A stretch of 64,000 nt of DNA from Selaginella moellendorffii (lineage: Eukaryota > Plantae > Lycopodiophyta), in contig NW_003314279.1 of the NCBI RefSeq assembly GCF_000143415.4, forward strand, positions 1,742,493-1,806,492. Reading direction: 5' to 3'. Below are positions 47,375 through 60,287 of this stretch, piece by piece. Numbering within the stretch: position 1 is the first letter of the stretch; each line of letters opens with the position of its first letter. The position numbers and the translations under genes were made by a program. The notes below the pieces were generated by a model. The model did no database searches. It had not been told where the DNA came from and saw only the letters and a list, made by a program, of their open reading frames with translations.

Positions 47375-50300
47375 CCAGAGATTGTCTTGAACACAATGGT
47401 GTTCGTCTCATGTTCAAATTTGCAATCTAGGGATATTCAATATTTAGTAAGTTTTGTCCTGGCATGGCTGACTAACCTGAGGTATAGTTTAGCTCCTACT
47501 TGCATACCTATCCTTGTTCTACGTCTGGCTTGGGTCTAACCCCAAGTTCCATACCATGCTGGTTGGTGGAGTACCCATATCCTCACATTAGGCCACTAGT
47601 ATATTGAAATATTGCCAGACTTTGTTTGGCTCTGTTTTGTGTGCTGGTCCTAGCATTGGGATGCTAGATGCTCTAGAACTGTTCCAATTCACTCCGTGTT
47701 CTTGTCCCTTCACTTTTTGGGCTGTATGCTCAAAAGTTGCTCCGTGGTCCAATTTCGTGGCTCCTTGGCTCCATACTTAGGAGTTTAGCTCTGTACCTTC
47801 ATTTAATGGCCAAAAGCTTTGAAACTTAGGTTTCACACTGCTGTCCTTTGAATGTGGCATGTGGCACATGGCATATAATATGTGGCATATGGAAGGTTTA
47901 GGTTCCACTTTGTGGTTATTCTATGGTAAATCACCGTAGGGTAAAGGGTAAAAACCATATGTGCTACATTTGGTATCAAAGCTATATATCTCAACGAGTA
48001 CCATCCAATGAGATTGGGCAACTTGTCTCATTGCATACGTAGAGATGAAAATAATGATCTGAGTGGGTACACATTTGGGTGCTAAAATTTCACATTTGTT
48101 CCTTGGGTATGGATTTTGGTTACCTTTTTGTACCATATTGTATGAGCTTGCACTTGGGCTCATAAGATGGATTTATAAGGGGCTCATAAGAAGGATTGAT
48201 CTGTTCTATTTACATGAGTTTGCACTTGAGCTCGTAAGTGAGACACATTAGCAACTCAAGGTTACACTTTGAGTTGGTAGGATTAATGTTAGCCTATCAA
48301 TGGTTCTATGTACCATGGGTGAAAATAAACCTTCCCTGGGTTTGCTATGAGTGGCAAATAGGCTAGTCTGTAGTTGTTTAGCACAACACTAGTGGATCCC
48401 TTATAGATATGATTATAAGTGGATCAATCAAGACTGTAGGGATTAATTTATTGATTCAAGTAGTCATTGCCGTGCTCTTTCATAAACTTTTCTTGGATTG
48501 GACTGAAGGCAGTGCAAAAACAAACTTGAGGTGTAGTCAAAGTTAAGATCGAAAAGAGAGTATTTAGGGATGAAAGATCAAATACGTAAATCATTTTCTC
48601 TTTTTGGAGAGATGATTTGCAATAAGGTGTTAACTCATTGCTCGTATTCACATCATGCAATTAAGAGTCCCTACCTTAATACATGTTGGAAATGATAGTC
48701 TTATAAATAGTGAGTTATGGGATGGATAGCAGTGAAGCGTTAAACCATTTTATCTAGGCTTATTATTGAAGGCTTGGGTTACAATGCTCAATTCTTTTCT
48801 AAGGAACCTTACTATTGCTTCTTGAGTAGTTTAGTGTTGGTTAATTTTGAGTTTGGTCAGAAAAGAGTGGCATGAGCTTGTTTATGTTGTAAACAAAAGT
48901 TAGTGGTGTTAGGTGTTGTAAGTCTCTATTGGTGTGGTGTGGCATTTATATTGCATTTTGTCAAATTGAGTTGACATTTGATACTTATGTAAACCTTTAA
49001 AGTGATGATATGGGCGTTGCTTATAGTGTTGCTCAATTAATGATTAAGTCATTTTGATTTCTATATCATATCTATGTGATAGTGAATAATGTATTTACGA
49101 AGTTGTTTGGTTAAATGATGATCAACCTCAAAGTGGTTGATAGTGAAGTTAGTCTACTTGCACGTAATAACATTGTAGTAACTTTGATTGGATTCTCAAG
49201 GGTAAACCATTATGCTAAGTTTAAATTAATAACTTAATTATTGAGGGTTGCTTATTAAAGTGTTGGAAAGGGGGTTAGCATTCACTTGCTATGGTTTATT
49301 GATTTATCTGTTAGCACTTGGAGTAGATTGTTTGATGGAAAAAGCATGAGGCTAAGGCATTGACATTATTAACACTTGTGTTAGTGGAAGTAGTAATGTT
49401 ATTTCGAGTGATGAGGAATTTTCTTTAAACCTTGATTTTTTATGTTAGTTTCTTTGTTAGTGTTTTAGCTTCACATTAGATCTTGAAAGTGGTTGAAGAA
49501 GAGTGTTAATGCAATGTGGATATCTAAATATATGGTCTTTGTGATCAAGCCTTGGATGTGCATTTTACATTTTGGCAGATGTTAATATTGGATGTCGAAT
49601 ATATAGGCAAAGATGTTTTATGTTTAGACATACTGTTGGTCATGAGAATTTGTGTTGAGGTGAACTTATGTGAAATTGTTGGTAGGAGGAAGTTGGTTGA
49701 GTCTTGAAAGTTTGTGTTCTTAAACTAAGAGTCATTCTTTCTTTAGGATGGAACATTTTCCATAAATTTTCTTAGACTTTTCCAATGGCTGATCTGTTAA
49801 TCACTTTGCTCAAAAACCATTATGTTTTTATAGGCCAGTATAAACTAGTGAAGAGGTTGAAGTTGACTTCAGTTAGCTTAAACCTTAGTAAGTAGTTTGT
49901 ATAATGCAACTTGAAAGGGATGCTAGCTTTTGGGGCTAAGACAATTGAGTTGGATAGAATCTAGAGTTGGTGTAGAAAAGTGGTTGTTACACTTTTCAAA
50001 GAAGGGTGATCCTTGTGCCTTTCTTCAGTAGCATTATGCTTGGTGGCAGGTTGCACCTTGCATTTCATTAAACTCTATAAGAGTAGTGAGCTCTCATTAA
50101 TTTTGACTTGGTCTTGGTAGCCTTACACCTTAACTGAGGATAGTGATGTCCAACTTAGTTGTTTGAGGTTGAGATATTAGTACATATACTATAGCCTTTT
50201 TTTTTGTGAGGAGATTATGTACCAATATGAGTTCTACACCTTAGTTGAGGATAGTGATGTCCCACTTATTTGTTTGAGGTTGAGATATTGGTACCTGTAC

Positions 50301-51693
50301 TATAGCCTTTTTTTTGTGAAGAGGTTGTGTACCAATATGAATTCATTATAGTCTTCACTTTAGCTTCGGCTAAGTGTTTATCATGCATAGCTAGCCTCTT
50401 CGAGGTATCCTCAGAGCTATTGTCTAAAAGAGCTATTGGCTAAACATATTAGTGTGCTTATTGCGGTTGAGTTGGATTCGAGTGGTCATTTAATTCATGT
50501 TTGTCTATGAACCTGTAAGCTCCTAAGTTTGGACTTCCTGGGAGGTCACCCAGCCCAGTACTATTCGAACCCAAGGACGCTTAACCCCAAGTACGTGGTG
50601 ATTTGCTGAGTGGTGAGTGGTGATTTGCTCTTATTTTCTATTAGCTTTGTTATGGTGTTGATGGCATTGAAGTGATGTCTTGTTATTGACATTGTTGATA
50701 TTAAAATTTAAGTAAGATCAAATGTCTTTCCATATGATTGATATTGAGTTTCATTAGTATTGATGTAGATAGTGTTGATGATTTGGTTGTACCTTTGTGT
50801 TATTAACATCCGTGCATTCACTAGTTAGCAACTATATTGATGTTCAAATGAACTGAGTGGCAAGTTGAATTAATTGTGTTATAGGCGAGATTGCTTAGTC
50901 AAAGTTGAGTTTTGAGCTTTTCCTTGAAAAGTGATTTAGTTATGAACTATGCTAGCTTTATATAAGGAAGAGTTAATGATCGATATTGAAATGTTTGAGT
51001 CTTTATTGGATTTGAGTTCGGGATATATTGATCATTGATGATTCTTTTCATGCTTATTATAAATTGAGTTACATCTTGTTATAAATGGATTCATAGAGGA
51101 TCATTTAGTGATCATTGGTGGAACATAGCTCCATTGTGTTGGGTCTTTTGGATGGATGAAAATATGCTTTTTATTAGCTTAGCATTGTGAGTTTAGTTTT
51201 TGAATGTATTGAGGAGGATATTGTGGGTTGTACCATGATTTCTTCTTTAGCATTGAAGTTAATTCATGCAAGACTCATTATTCATTATTATGCAAGACAT
51301 GGCTATAGAGTTGTTTGAACTTTTGGTTCTTTGAGTTTTTATGTTTATTGTTCCATTTGTTAGAAGTTATTGGGGAATTCATGTTGGCTCATAGCTTTCA
51401 TGTTAAAGTTAGTATTTGCATCTCGCAATCATTAGCGATGATTGACTATCATATCGAATAGTTGATTATCCTTGTGAAAAATTTTGCTTCATTGTTGTTG
51501 TTATAAACTGATTTGCTGTTCTTCAGAATGGTGGATTCTTTTTTCGACAATGATTATGCATCTCTCTATTGATGGGATGATTAATGATCTTTCATGATAG
51601 TTAGTTGTTCTCCTTGATGGTTTATAGCTTTTTGCATTACCACATATTCCTTGTGGTTTGCCTTGGATTAGTCTTTTGGGTTTGAGACATCAG
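47375..51693 (+). mobile_element. Family B non-autonomous element, partial (LTR 3' part, PBS and interior)
   Basis: LTR ends GTGCTACA at 47968, PBS TGGTATCAAAGC. The interior is collinear with 32719-36663 and is cut by family A at 51694. Confidence 0.85.
50514..50593 (-). mobile_element. Truncated Cassandra LTR (5S-like end only)
   Basis: TGTAAGCTCCTAAGTTTGGACTTCCTGGGAGGTCACCCAGCCCAGTACTATTCGAACCCAAGGACGCTTAAC. It coincides with a ~440 bp deletion of the host relative to 35140-35585. Confidence 0.85.
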
Positions 51694-54600
51694 AGTAGGG
51701 AACTAACTCCCCAAGGTGTCATAATCTAAAGGATCCTTGAAAGCATAATCGAATTGATATAGAGTTCATTAGATGGGACCGATTCTGAGATTGAGTCCAA
51801 GACCGACTCTGAGAGCGAGTTTGAGATAGAGTCCAAGATCAAGTCCGAGGCTAACTCCGATATTGAGTTCGAGACCGAGTCAAAGACAGAGTTCGAAACC
51901 AAGTTTGAGATCCGAGATCGGGTCTGAGACCGAGTCCGAGGTCGAGTCCAAAATGGGGTCTGAGATCAAGCCCTAAACTAAGTCTAAGGTTAGGTCCGAG
52001 ATCAAGTCTGAGGTCCTCACCCTTCCTAAGGGATTAGGCCTTCCCTTTGGGATGGAAATGGGGGAGTAAAAGTACCCATATTGGGCCATTATGCCATCAT
52101 GTTTCCCCCTAGTATCCTGAAGCAAATGTTGCACCCAAGGCTTGGGATTTAGAGGGTCTATGATCAAGTCTTATTATAACAAAGGATGTTAGGAACCTGG
52201 AGGCTTGGTGTGCTTGGCTACTTATGCCTGCAGGGAGTGTAACCGAACCTTAAGTCTAGTGTAACTCTGGGAGGGGGATTGGGAAAGATTTGGGGAATTT
52301 GTGGATGGATGGCTAACGCTCCATTGCTCATGCAGTGAGTAGCTAAAACCAAATAGGACCCAGTAGGAGTTGGTACAATAGGCGAGAACCTTGGCAAGGG
52401 AACTTAACTAAGGCCAAAGCAGTGTTGGTTGGATAGACAAAGTAAGCTAGCAAATTAAAAAGGAAAAATTTGTGGCTTACAATTTGGTATCAAAGCCGTT
52501 TCCTCAGTTTTAGCGAAGGATAAAGGTAAATTGTTGGGAGATGGAAAAAGCAAGGCCTAAAAAAATCCAAGTGAAGACAAAACTTCCTCCAGAGTTGGAG
52601 CCTCTAGTCAAACAAGAACCTATAGATGAGGAATCCTTGCATGAGGAGGACTCCAGTGAGGAAACTTCCAAACAGGAATCTAGTGGTGAGGTTTGGTCGT
52701 CCAAGGCTTGATTGGACATTCTAGAAGGACAACTAGCACAAACCAATGTCCTGCTAGAATCCTCGTACGCAAACTAAAGTATGATGAGAAGCGGAAGAAA
52801 AAGCAAAAGACTGTAAATGCTGGCAGTGCAGAAGACATGGACTCTTTGGTGAGGACTGAGGTGGAACCGAACAAAGTCCAACAAACCGAAGTGGAATCAA
52901 TCCCCCAGGCAATTCCCAAGTACAAACCAAAGCCCTCACCAATCTTCAAGGGAGTGAACAATTATAAAGTGGTGGAGGATTGGTTTTATAATATGGAGGA
53001 TTACTTCCGAGCGTTGCGGTTACCAAGCTCGGAGAAGGTCCCATGTGCAAAACTATACTTGGTAGATAATGCTAAGTCTTGGTGAAGAACAACATAGGCC
53101 AACAAAGAACCGATCTGTGTAACCTACGTTCTGCCAAATGCTACTTTACACCTAAGGGATGAGCTGAGTAGACTGAAGTAAGCGGGAACCATTCAAAAGT
53201 ATGCGAATGCGTTTATGGCAAAGAGGATTTTTGTCACAAACATAGGAGACATAGATGCATTCCATACCTTCATATCAAGCTTGCAAACCTAGACTCGAGG
53301 TGAGGTGATGCGTTGGAACCCGACCAACTACAAGGAAGCGTTGGATGTAGCTATCAAGGTGCATTTCAATGATAACCTGTGAAAGGGGAACACAACACCA
53401 TATTTAGCAAAGGGGCTAAACCAAGGGGGATATATGGAAAAGGGAAATTCAAAAGGAGTTTCTTTAAGAATGAGTCTTCAAGGTTCCAAAAAGATAGATC
53501 CAATGGCCAACAAGAAAGTACGTGGGGGAGTCAAACAAAAAAGGACAAACCCATGGATAAGAAAGTTAAGTCTACTAGTAATGTGGGAAACAACATATAC
53601 TTCAACTACGGTGAAGCGGGACACTTTTTGAAGGAACATCCCTACTTGAAAAAGGCCAGAGCCAATATAACCATTAAGTCTGGTGAAATCCAAATTGAGG
53701 TATGTGATCCAGTCTCTGGCTCAAAATTACTCATTACACGAGCAACTTTGGTAGAGAGTTGGTACAATAGGTGAAAACCTTGGCAAGGGAACTTAACTAA
53801 GACCAAAGTAGTGTTGGTCAGATAGACAAAGTAAGCTAGCAAATTGAAAAGGAAAACTTTGTGGCTTACAATTTCATATCAAAGCCGTTTCCTCAACTTT
53901 AGTGAAGGATAAAGGTAAATTGTTGGGAGATGGAAAAAGCAGGACGTAAAAAAATCCAGGTGGAGACAAAACTTCCTCTAGAGTTGGAGCCTATGGTCAA
54001 ACAAGAACCTATAGATGAGGAATCCTTGCATGAGGAAGACTCCAGTGAGGAAACTTCCAAACAGGAATTTGGTGGTGAGGTTTGGTCATCCAAGGCTCGA
54101 TTGGACGTTCTAGAAGGACAACTAGCATAGACCAATACCCTACTAGAAACCTCATACGCAAGCTAAAGTATGATGAGAAGCAAGAGAAAAAGCAAAAGAC
54201 TGTAAATGCTGACAGTGCAGAAGGCATGGAATCTTTGATGGGGACTGAGGCGGAACTGAACAAAGTCCAATAAACCGAAGTGGAATCAATCCCCTAGGCA
54301 ATTCCCAAGTACAAACCAAAGCCCCCACCGGTCTTCAAGGGAGTAAACGATTATAAAGTGGTGGAGGATTGGTTTTATAATATGGAGGATTACTTCTGAG
54401 CGTTGCGGTTACCAAGCTCAGAGAAAGTCCCATGTGCAAAACCATACTTGGTAGATAATGCTAAGTTTTGGTGGAGAATAACATAGGCCAACGAAGGACC
54501 GGTGGCCACTTGGGAAATGATGAAAGTGAGGATCTGTGCAACTTACGTTTTGCCGAATGCTACTTTACACCTAAAGGATGAGCTGAGTAGGCTGAAGTAG

Positions 54601-57600
54601 GCGGGAACCATTCAAGAGTATGTGAATGCATTCATGGCAAAGAGGATTTTTGTCACAGACATGGGAGACATGGATGCATTCCATGCCTTCATATCTTGCT
54701 TGCAAACCTGAGCTCAAGTTGAGGTGATGCATTAGAACCCGACCAACTATAAGGAAGCGTTAGATGCAACTATCAAGGTGCATTTCAATGATAACCTACA
54801 AAATGGGAACACAACGGGGTTGAGGTCCACATTTAGCAAAGGGGCCAAACCAAGGGGGATATATGGAAAAGGGAAATTCAAAAGGAATTTCTCTAATAAT
54901 GAGTCTTCGAGGTTCCAAAAAGGTATATCCAATGGTCAATAAGCAAGTACGTGGGGGAGTCAAGCGAAAAGGGACAAAACCATGGATAAGAAAGTTAAGT
55001 CTACTATTAGTGTAGGAAACAACATATGCTTCAACTACGGTGAAGCGGGACACTTTTTGAGGGAATGTCCCTACCCGAAAAAGGTCAAAGCCAATATAGC
55101 CATTAAGTCGGGTAAAATCCAAATTGAGTTATGTGATCTAGTCTTTAGCTCAAAGTTACTTATTACATGAGCAACTTTGGTGGAGAGTCATTCACGACAT
55201 CTACTAGCCCTTCGAGGGAAACTCGAATGTAGCTTTGTTAAAATCTTTATTGACACAGGTGCTTCGGATAATTTTGTGGCTGCAGACATAATTTGGCAAG
55301 CCTGACTAATGGTGCAGCAGCTAGGTGAACTAAGGACTATAAAGTGCATTCAAAGTAGCCAAAGCACCGATGAGGTACTTCGACAAGCAAGAATCAAAGT
55401 AGGGACCTGGAAAGTAGAAATGGATTTCACCTTGTTGGACATGGCAGGATTTGATATAATTTTCGGAATGGATTGGTTCAATCAATTCATAGTATCCCTA
55501 CATAGACAAAGTAGAAACCTTGTGGTACTAGCAAATGCCCGGGGAGAATAATCTAGGGTGGAGACCCAAGATCTAAAGGTAGGGCAATATAAGGCTAAAG
55601 ACTCCTACTTGAACCTGGTGTCCATAAAAGGATAACTCACTAAAAGAACTAAGGTAGCACTTTTGTGCTTACTCTCGGTGAGGAGTGACAAAAAAACGGG
55701 AACAGAAGAAGTACCTTTAGTGATCTAGCGGGTGTTGGACCAATTCCAAGAAACCATGCCAAAGGAGCTACCAGCAGAGTTACCCCCCACACAATCGATA
55801 GAATATAAAATTGAGCTAGTAGAAGGTGCTAAGGTGGTGGTTCATCCCCCCGATCATTTGAATGAAATGGAACTCGAGGAGCTCAAGCACCAACTAGAAG
55901 AGTTGGTGGATAAAGGGTATGTTAAGTTGAGCAAGTTGCCATATAGGCATTGGTATTATTTTTGAAAAAGAAATATGGATCTATAAGTATATGCATAGAC
56001 TATCAATTACTCAACAAGTATACAAAGAAGAACAAATACCCTTTACCAAGGATTGAGGACTTGTTCAATAAGTTAGGAAATGCAAAATACTTCTCGAGGA
56101 TTAACCTAAAGTCAGGATATTACTAAATCAGGGAAGTAGAGGAAGATGTCGAGAAGACAACCTGTTGAACAAGGTATGAGAGCTTTGTGTTTTTGGTGAT
56201 GCCTTTTAGGCTGTGCAATGCGCCAGTAACATTTTCGGCGCTAATGAACCACATATTTATACCTTATCTACATCATTTCGTGGTTGTCTATATTGAGAAC
56301 ATCCTAATTTATAGCGAGACGCTAAAGGAGTATACTGAACACTTAACAAAGGTGTTTGAGAAACTAGGGGAATACAAGTTATATGCTAAAGAGAGCAAAT
56401 GTGACTTTGCTCAACAAAAGGTAAAGTTTCTCAGGCATGTGGTGGGCAAGGACGAGTTTAAGGTGGACCTTGAAAAGGTCCAAGCAATCTAGGAATGGGA
56501 GCAATCATCGAATGTACACGAGTTGAGGGTGTTCTTGGGGCTATGCAACTATTACTGAAAGTTTATCAAACATTATTCGAGAGTAGTTGTGCCTTTAACG
56601 GACCAAACAAGAAAAAGGGAAAATAGTATGGACAGCGGAATGCGAGGTGACATTTGTCCACCTCAAAGGGAAGTTGAGGAAGACTCCCGTGTTAGCATTA
56701 CCAAACTTTGGTAAAGACTTTGAGGTAGAAATGGACACTTCAAACTTTGCATTGGGTGTAGTTTTGAAACAAGACAACCATTTAATGATGTTCTTCTCGA
56801 AGAAGTTGGACAGGGCTTAGCAAAAGTGGCCTACCCATGAGAAGTAATTATTTGCCATGGTCAAGGCACTCAAGAAGTGGCGACATTACCTTGGGAGGCA
56901 GTTCAAAATTTATATAGATAATATAGCAACAAAACACTTCTTGTCGCAACCCAACCTAAGAGGAAAACAAGGTCGGTGGGCCAATACTTTGGCCGAGTTC
57001 AATTGCGAGATTCTGTATAAACTTGGAAAGAGCAACATTGTGGTAGATGCTCTAAGTCGAAAGGCAAGCTTGAAGTTGGTGATATCTAGCACGACAGCAA
57101 CCTTTTGGGATGATGTGCGAGCAACATATGAAAATGATGGTTTTGCACAAGAAGTGTTACTAAGGAACCAAAAGGCGTGAAATGCTCACTAAAGAGGTGA
57201 GTTGCCAACGGAATATAAAACAAATTATGTGGAACACAATACACTCATCTATTACAAAAAAACAAAGGTGTAAGTTCCAAAAAAGGAACTAAAGAAGGTA
57301 GCTTTAAAAGAGTGTCATAATAGACCTCTTGTGGGACATGGTAGAATGCCCAAGACAATGGGCTTACTCAAGAGGAAATATCACTGGCTAAACATGGCTA
57401 AGGACGTCCAAAACTATGTAAAGATATGTCTAATATGTCAGTAGGTCAAAGTCATGACTAAGGCTAGTGGGGGCTTGTTACAAAGCATTCCCATTCCAGA
57501 TCGACCGTGGAAATGTCTTACAATGGGACTTCCCCGAAACGAGGGGTTTGATGTGATATTCGTGGTGGTGGACCAATTTTCGAAGATGGCACATTTCATA

Positions 57601-57787
57601 CCCACAATGGAAGTAAATGCAAAAGGCATGGTGAAGCTGTTCTTTAAACAAGTGGTTTGAGTGCGAGGAAGGCCAAAAGAGATTATCTCAGATCGAAATA
57701 AAATCTTCACTATTAGGTTCTAGAGAACTCTCCTAAAACAATATTGCACCAAGTTGAAATTCAGCATAACTTATCACCCATATATAA

Positions 57788-57834
57788 GTATTGGGTATTA
57801 AGTCAAGTTTGATGGCAATAACACTTCTTGATAG
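57788..57834 (+). other. Putative spliceosomal intron 1 (47 nt, GT..AG) in the integrase core
   Basis: TAT CAC CCA TAT ATA A|GTATTGGGTATTAA...CACTTCTTGATAG|AT GGA CAA ATG GAA AGG GTG AAT. Removal gives YHPYINGQMERVN, the HPQT(D/N)GQTER motif. Confidence 0.75.
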
Positions 57835-58252
57835 ATGGACAAATGGAAAGGGTGAATAGACAACTAAAGGATTATCTACGATGCTATGTCTCTGGAGATC
57901 AAACCGATTGGGTAAATCATTTAGGACTTGCGGAAATGTGCTATAACAACTCACCACATTCGAGTATTGGGGTGAGTCCATAGGAAGTCATTAATGGGCA
58001 AGTTATTGAAGGTCCTGTAGAACTCGGCATGGCCAAGTATCATGGGGAGTTACCCATGGTGAAGGCATTCACGGCGAAAAGACTCAACATCTAGAATTTA
58101 GTGAGGGATTCCTTAGAACCGGCTTAACAAAGGTAAACTAAGTATGCAAACTAGAAGCGTCAGGATGTAAAGTTCCAACCTGGGGAGAAGGTGTGGCTGA
58201 ACACCAAGAACCTAAGGCTACCAAGTGGGATCAGCTAGCAGTTGACCCAAAG

Positions 58253-58304
58253 GTAAAAATGCATATATTCTTGTAAATGAATTGATCTTGAGTTCCTTAA
58301 GCAG
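58253..58304 (+). other. Putative spliceosomal intron 2 (52 nt, GT..AG) just before the integrase GPY motif
   Basis: TTG ACC CAA AG|GTAAAAATGC...GTTCCTTAAGCAG|G TTT GTA GGA CCT TAC. Removal gives LTQRFVGPY. Consensus AG|GTAA donor, GCAG|G acceptor, AT-rich body. Confidence 0.82.
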
Positions 58305-60287
58305 GTTTGTAGGACCTTACAAGATTGAGGCACAAATTGGTAAAATGGCTTACTGCCCCCAACTTCCTCAAGAGATGGGAAAGATGCACTTAATGTTCCA
58401 TGTGAATTTACTCAAATCGTATTTTGAGGATCCGCTTTGCAAGGACCAAGTAAAACCTTTACCTGAGGTTATCCAAGAGGAAGAGGAATACGAAGTCGAG
58501 GCCATCATCAATGCAAGCAAGAGCAAGTTACAAAGACGTGAAATGAGAGAGTTCTATATGAAGTGAAAAGGATTTCCACACTGCGAAGCAACATAGGAAC
58601 CGGAGGAGAACTTAGCAAACGTGTAAGACCTAGTGGAGGAATTTTTGCAAAGTAGAACTCTATATACTTATGCAAAGTTCAATTAAAGTATCAATTTATG
58701 AAATTGAGTAATGGCATATATTAGAACCCGAAGATATGCCAAAGATAAGCTAATTAGCATGGGTTAGCTAGGTCGACCAAGCGTAGTGAACTACTCCAAC
58801 TCCCGGCAAAGATGTCGAATCTGTAAATGTATTCTATAGAGGTTGGGTTTGAGTCTCAACCCCACTAGTAAAGTAAGGCTAGGTTCAAGTCCCAACCCTA
58901 TACTAGGGCATGGTGAGGTGAGGGGTATAAAGACACTTATATTCCGTTGTTATGGGCTCTTGGCCGGGGAGGATAATTTAAGCACATTGCTAAGTGGGGG
59001 GATGCCCCTAGAGACATGGTCAACAAGTCGTAGGATTAAAAAGAGATGTTCAATGTGGGCATTAAACTTCTTCTATGGGTGGTGGAGTTGTAAGGAACCA
59101 ACTCCTAGAGAAGCTTGAGTAGGTTTTGAGCTCATGAACTCATGAGTTGAGCTCACAACTTCTCAAACACAAGAAAAAAATTGGTTCGTTCTAAACCAAC
59201 ATCTTTTCATTTTTCAAATTTTGATTTAATCTATATTTCCAAGTAAATTCGACCAATAAAATACAAATATAAATATAGATCCAAACACTAAAAGTAATCT
59301 AGAAACACTTCTCAAGATTTGCAATTGTAAGGCTTGCCTGATGGATGTGATGGTCGACCTTAGGATCTTGGTTTAGTTCCTGCATAAAAATGTAATAAAT
59401 GTGCTTGTAGGCTAAATATACCTCTCCCCTGTTCTCCCTCTATGTAAAATTTAGACAAGTACAGGATGGATTTTCGTAGATTCTGATAGTGTAGCTCATA
59501 GCTTTTGACGACTCAGTCATAACAACAAACTCCTTTACCAGGCACTGATGTAATTTATCCTTGTGATTGTGCATTTCAATGCCTTTGCCAGCTTGATTTT
59601 CTCTTGTGCATCTTTTAAAATGGAAGACCTATATTGTACAGCCTTCTCATTTCTAGCTAGTCGTGTATGCCAGTCTAGTGTTGACATTGGTGGCATAGCA
59701 GTATCAATAGCAACATTTGAGGAAGTCTTCAGCTTGAAACCAGCTCTCTCCAGATTTTCAATCTCTTCTTTCAAAAGATTGTAACTTCACTCAACTGGCC
59801 ACTCCTTTGGCACAGAATCTAGCTTCGAGATAATTGAGTTATGGATCCTATTTGTATGAGAACATCAATCCCACAACAGTAAATCCAACTTGATTGGCGA
59901 CCCTTTACCCCTACTCAACAACCCCAGAAACATGGTACTACTGAAGAACTTGAACCTGAGCACACAAATGCAAGACAACTCCCAATCATTTCATAGCAAC
60001 CCACATTGCTCTTGGCACTGACTCTTTAAATTGCCTAGTTGATACGAGAAACTAGCTCACGAGCAATAATCTTCTCAACCTCTGGCACTGGATTTACTTG
60101 TATAACAATTGACACTTCCTCCACTCTATGTTCCTTAGTTCTTCTCCAATGTCATGGAACAGAATGATAGTCAAACTCTGGATGGTGAGAGTTAGAAGGA
60201 GTGATGTTAGGCCCATCAAATGTTTATTGACACTTCATACAAATTGTCATCATGTCCCCAAGTGGTTCATAACTTGATGTATAGAAG

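Larger units (their letters stand above)
51694..59110 (+). mobile_element. Family A chromovirus, near-complete decayed gag-pol with duplicated gag and a truncated 3' LTR
   Basis: 5' LTR ~51694-52481, PBS TGGTATCAAAGC. In-frame gag-PR (IFIDTGASDNF), RT (VVVYIEN), RH (FEVEMDTS), IN (CHN..GH..CLIC; VVVDQFSK) and chromodomain (EYEVEAII). PPT GGGTGGTGGAG; 3' LTR starts at 59089. Confidence 0.9.

Noticed and set aside
50124-50343. 111 bp tandem duplication as a functional repeat
   Set aside because: It is present in only one family B copy and is ordinary post-insertion slippage.
59300-60287. Host gene on the minus strand
   Set aside because: It is a short decayed ORF with no recognisable family and is truncated by the gap, so no call can be supported.
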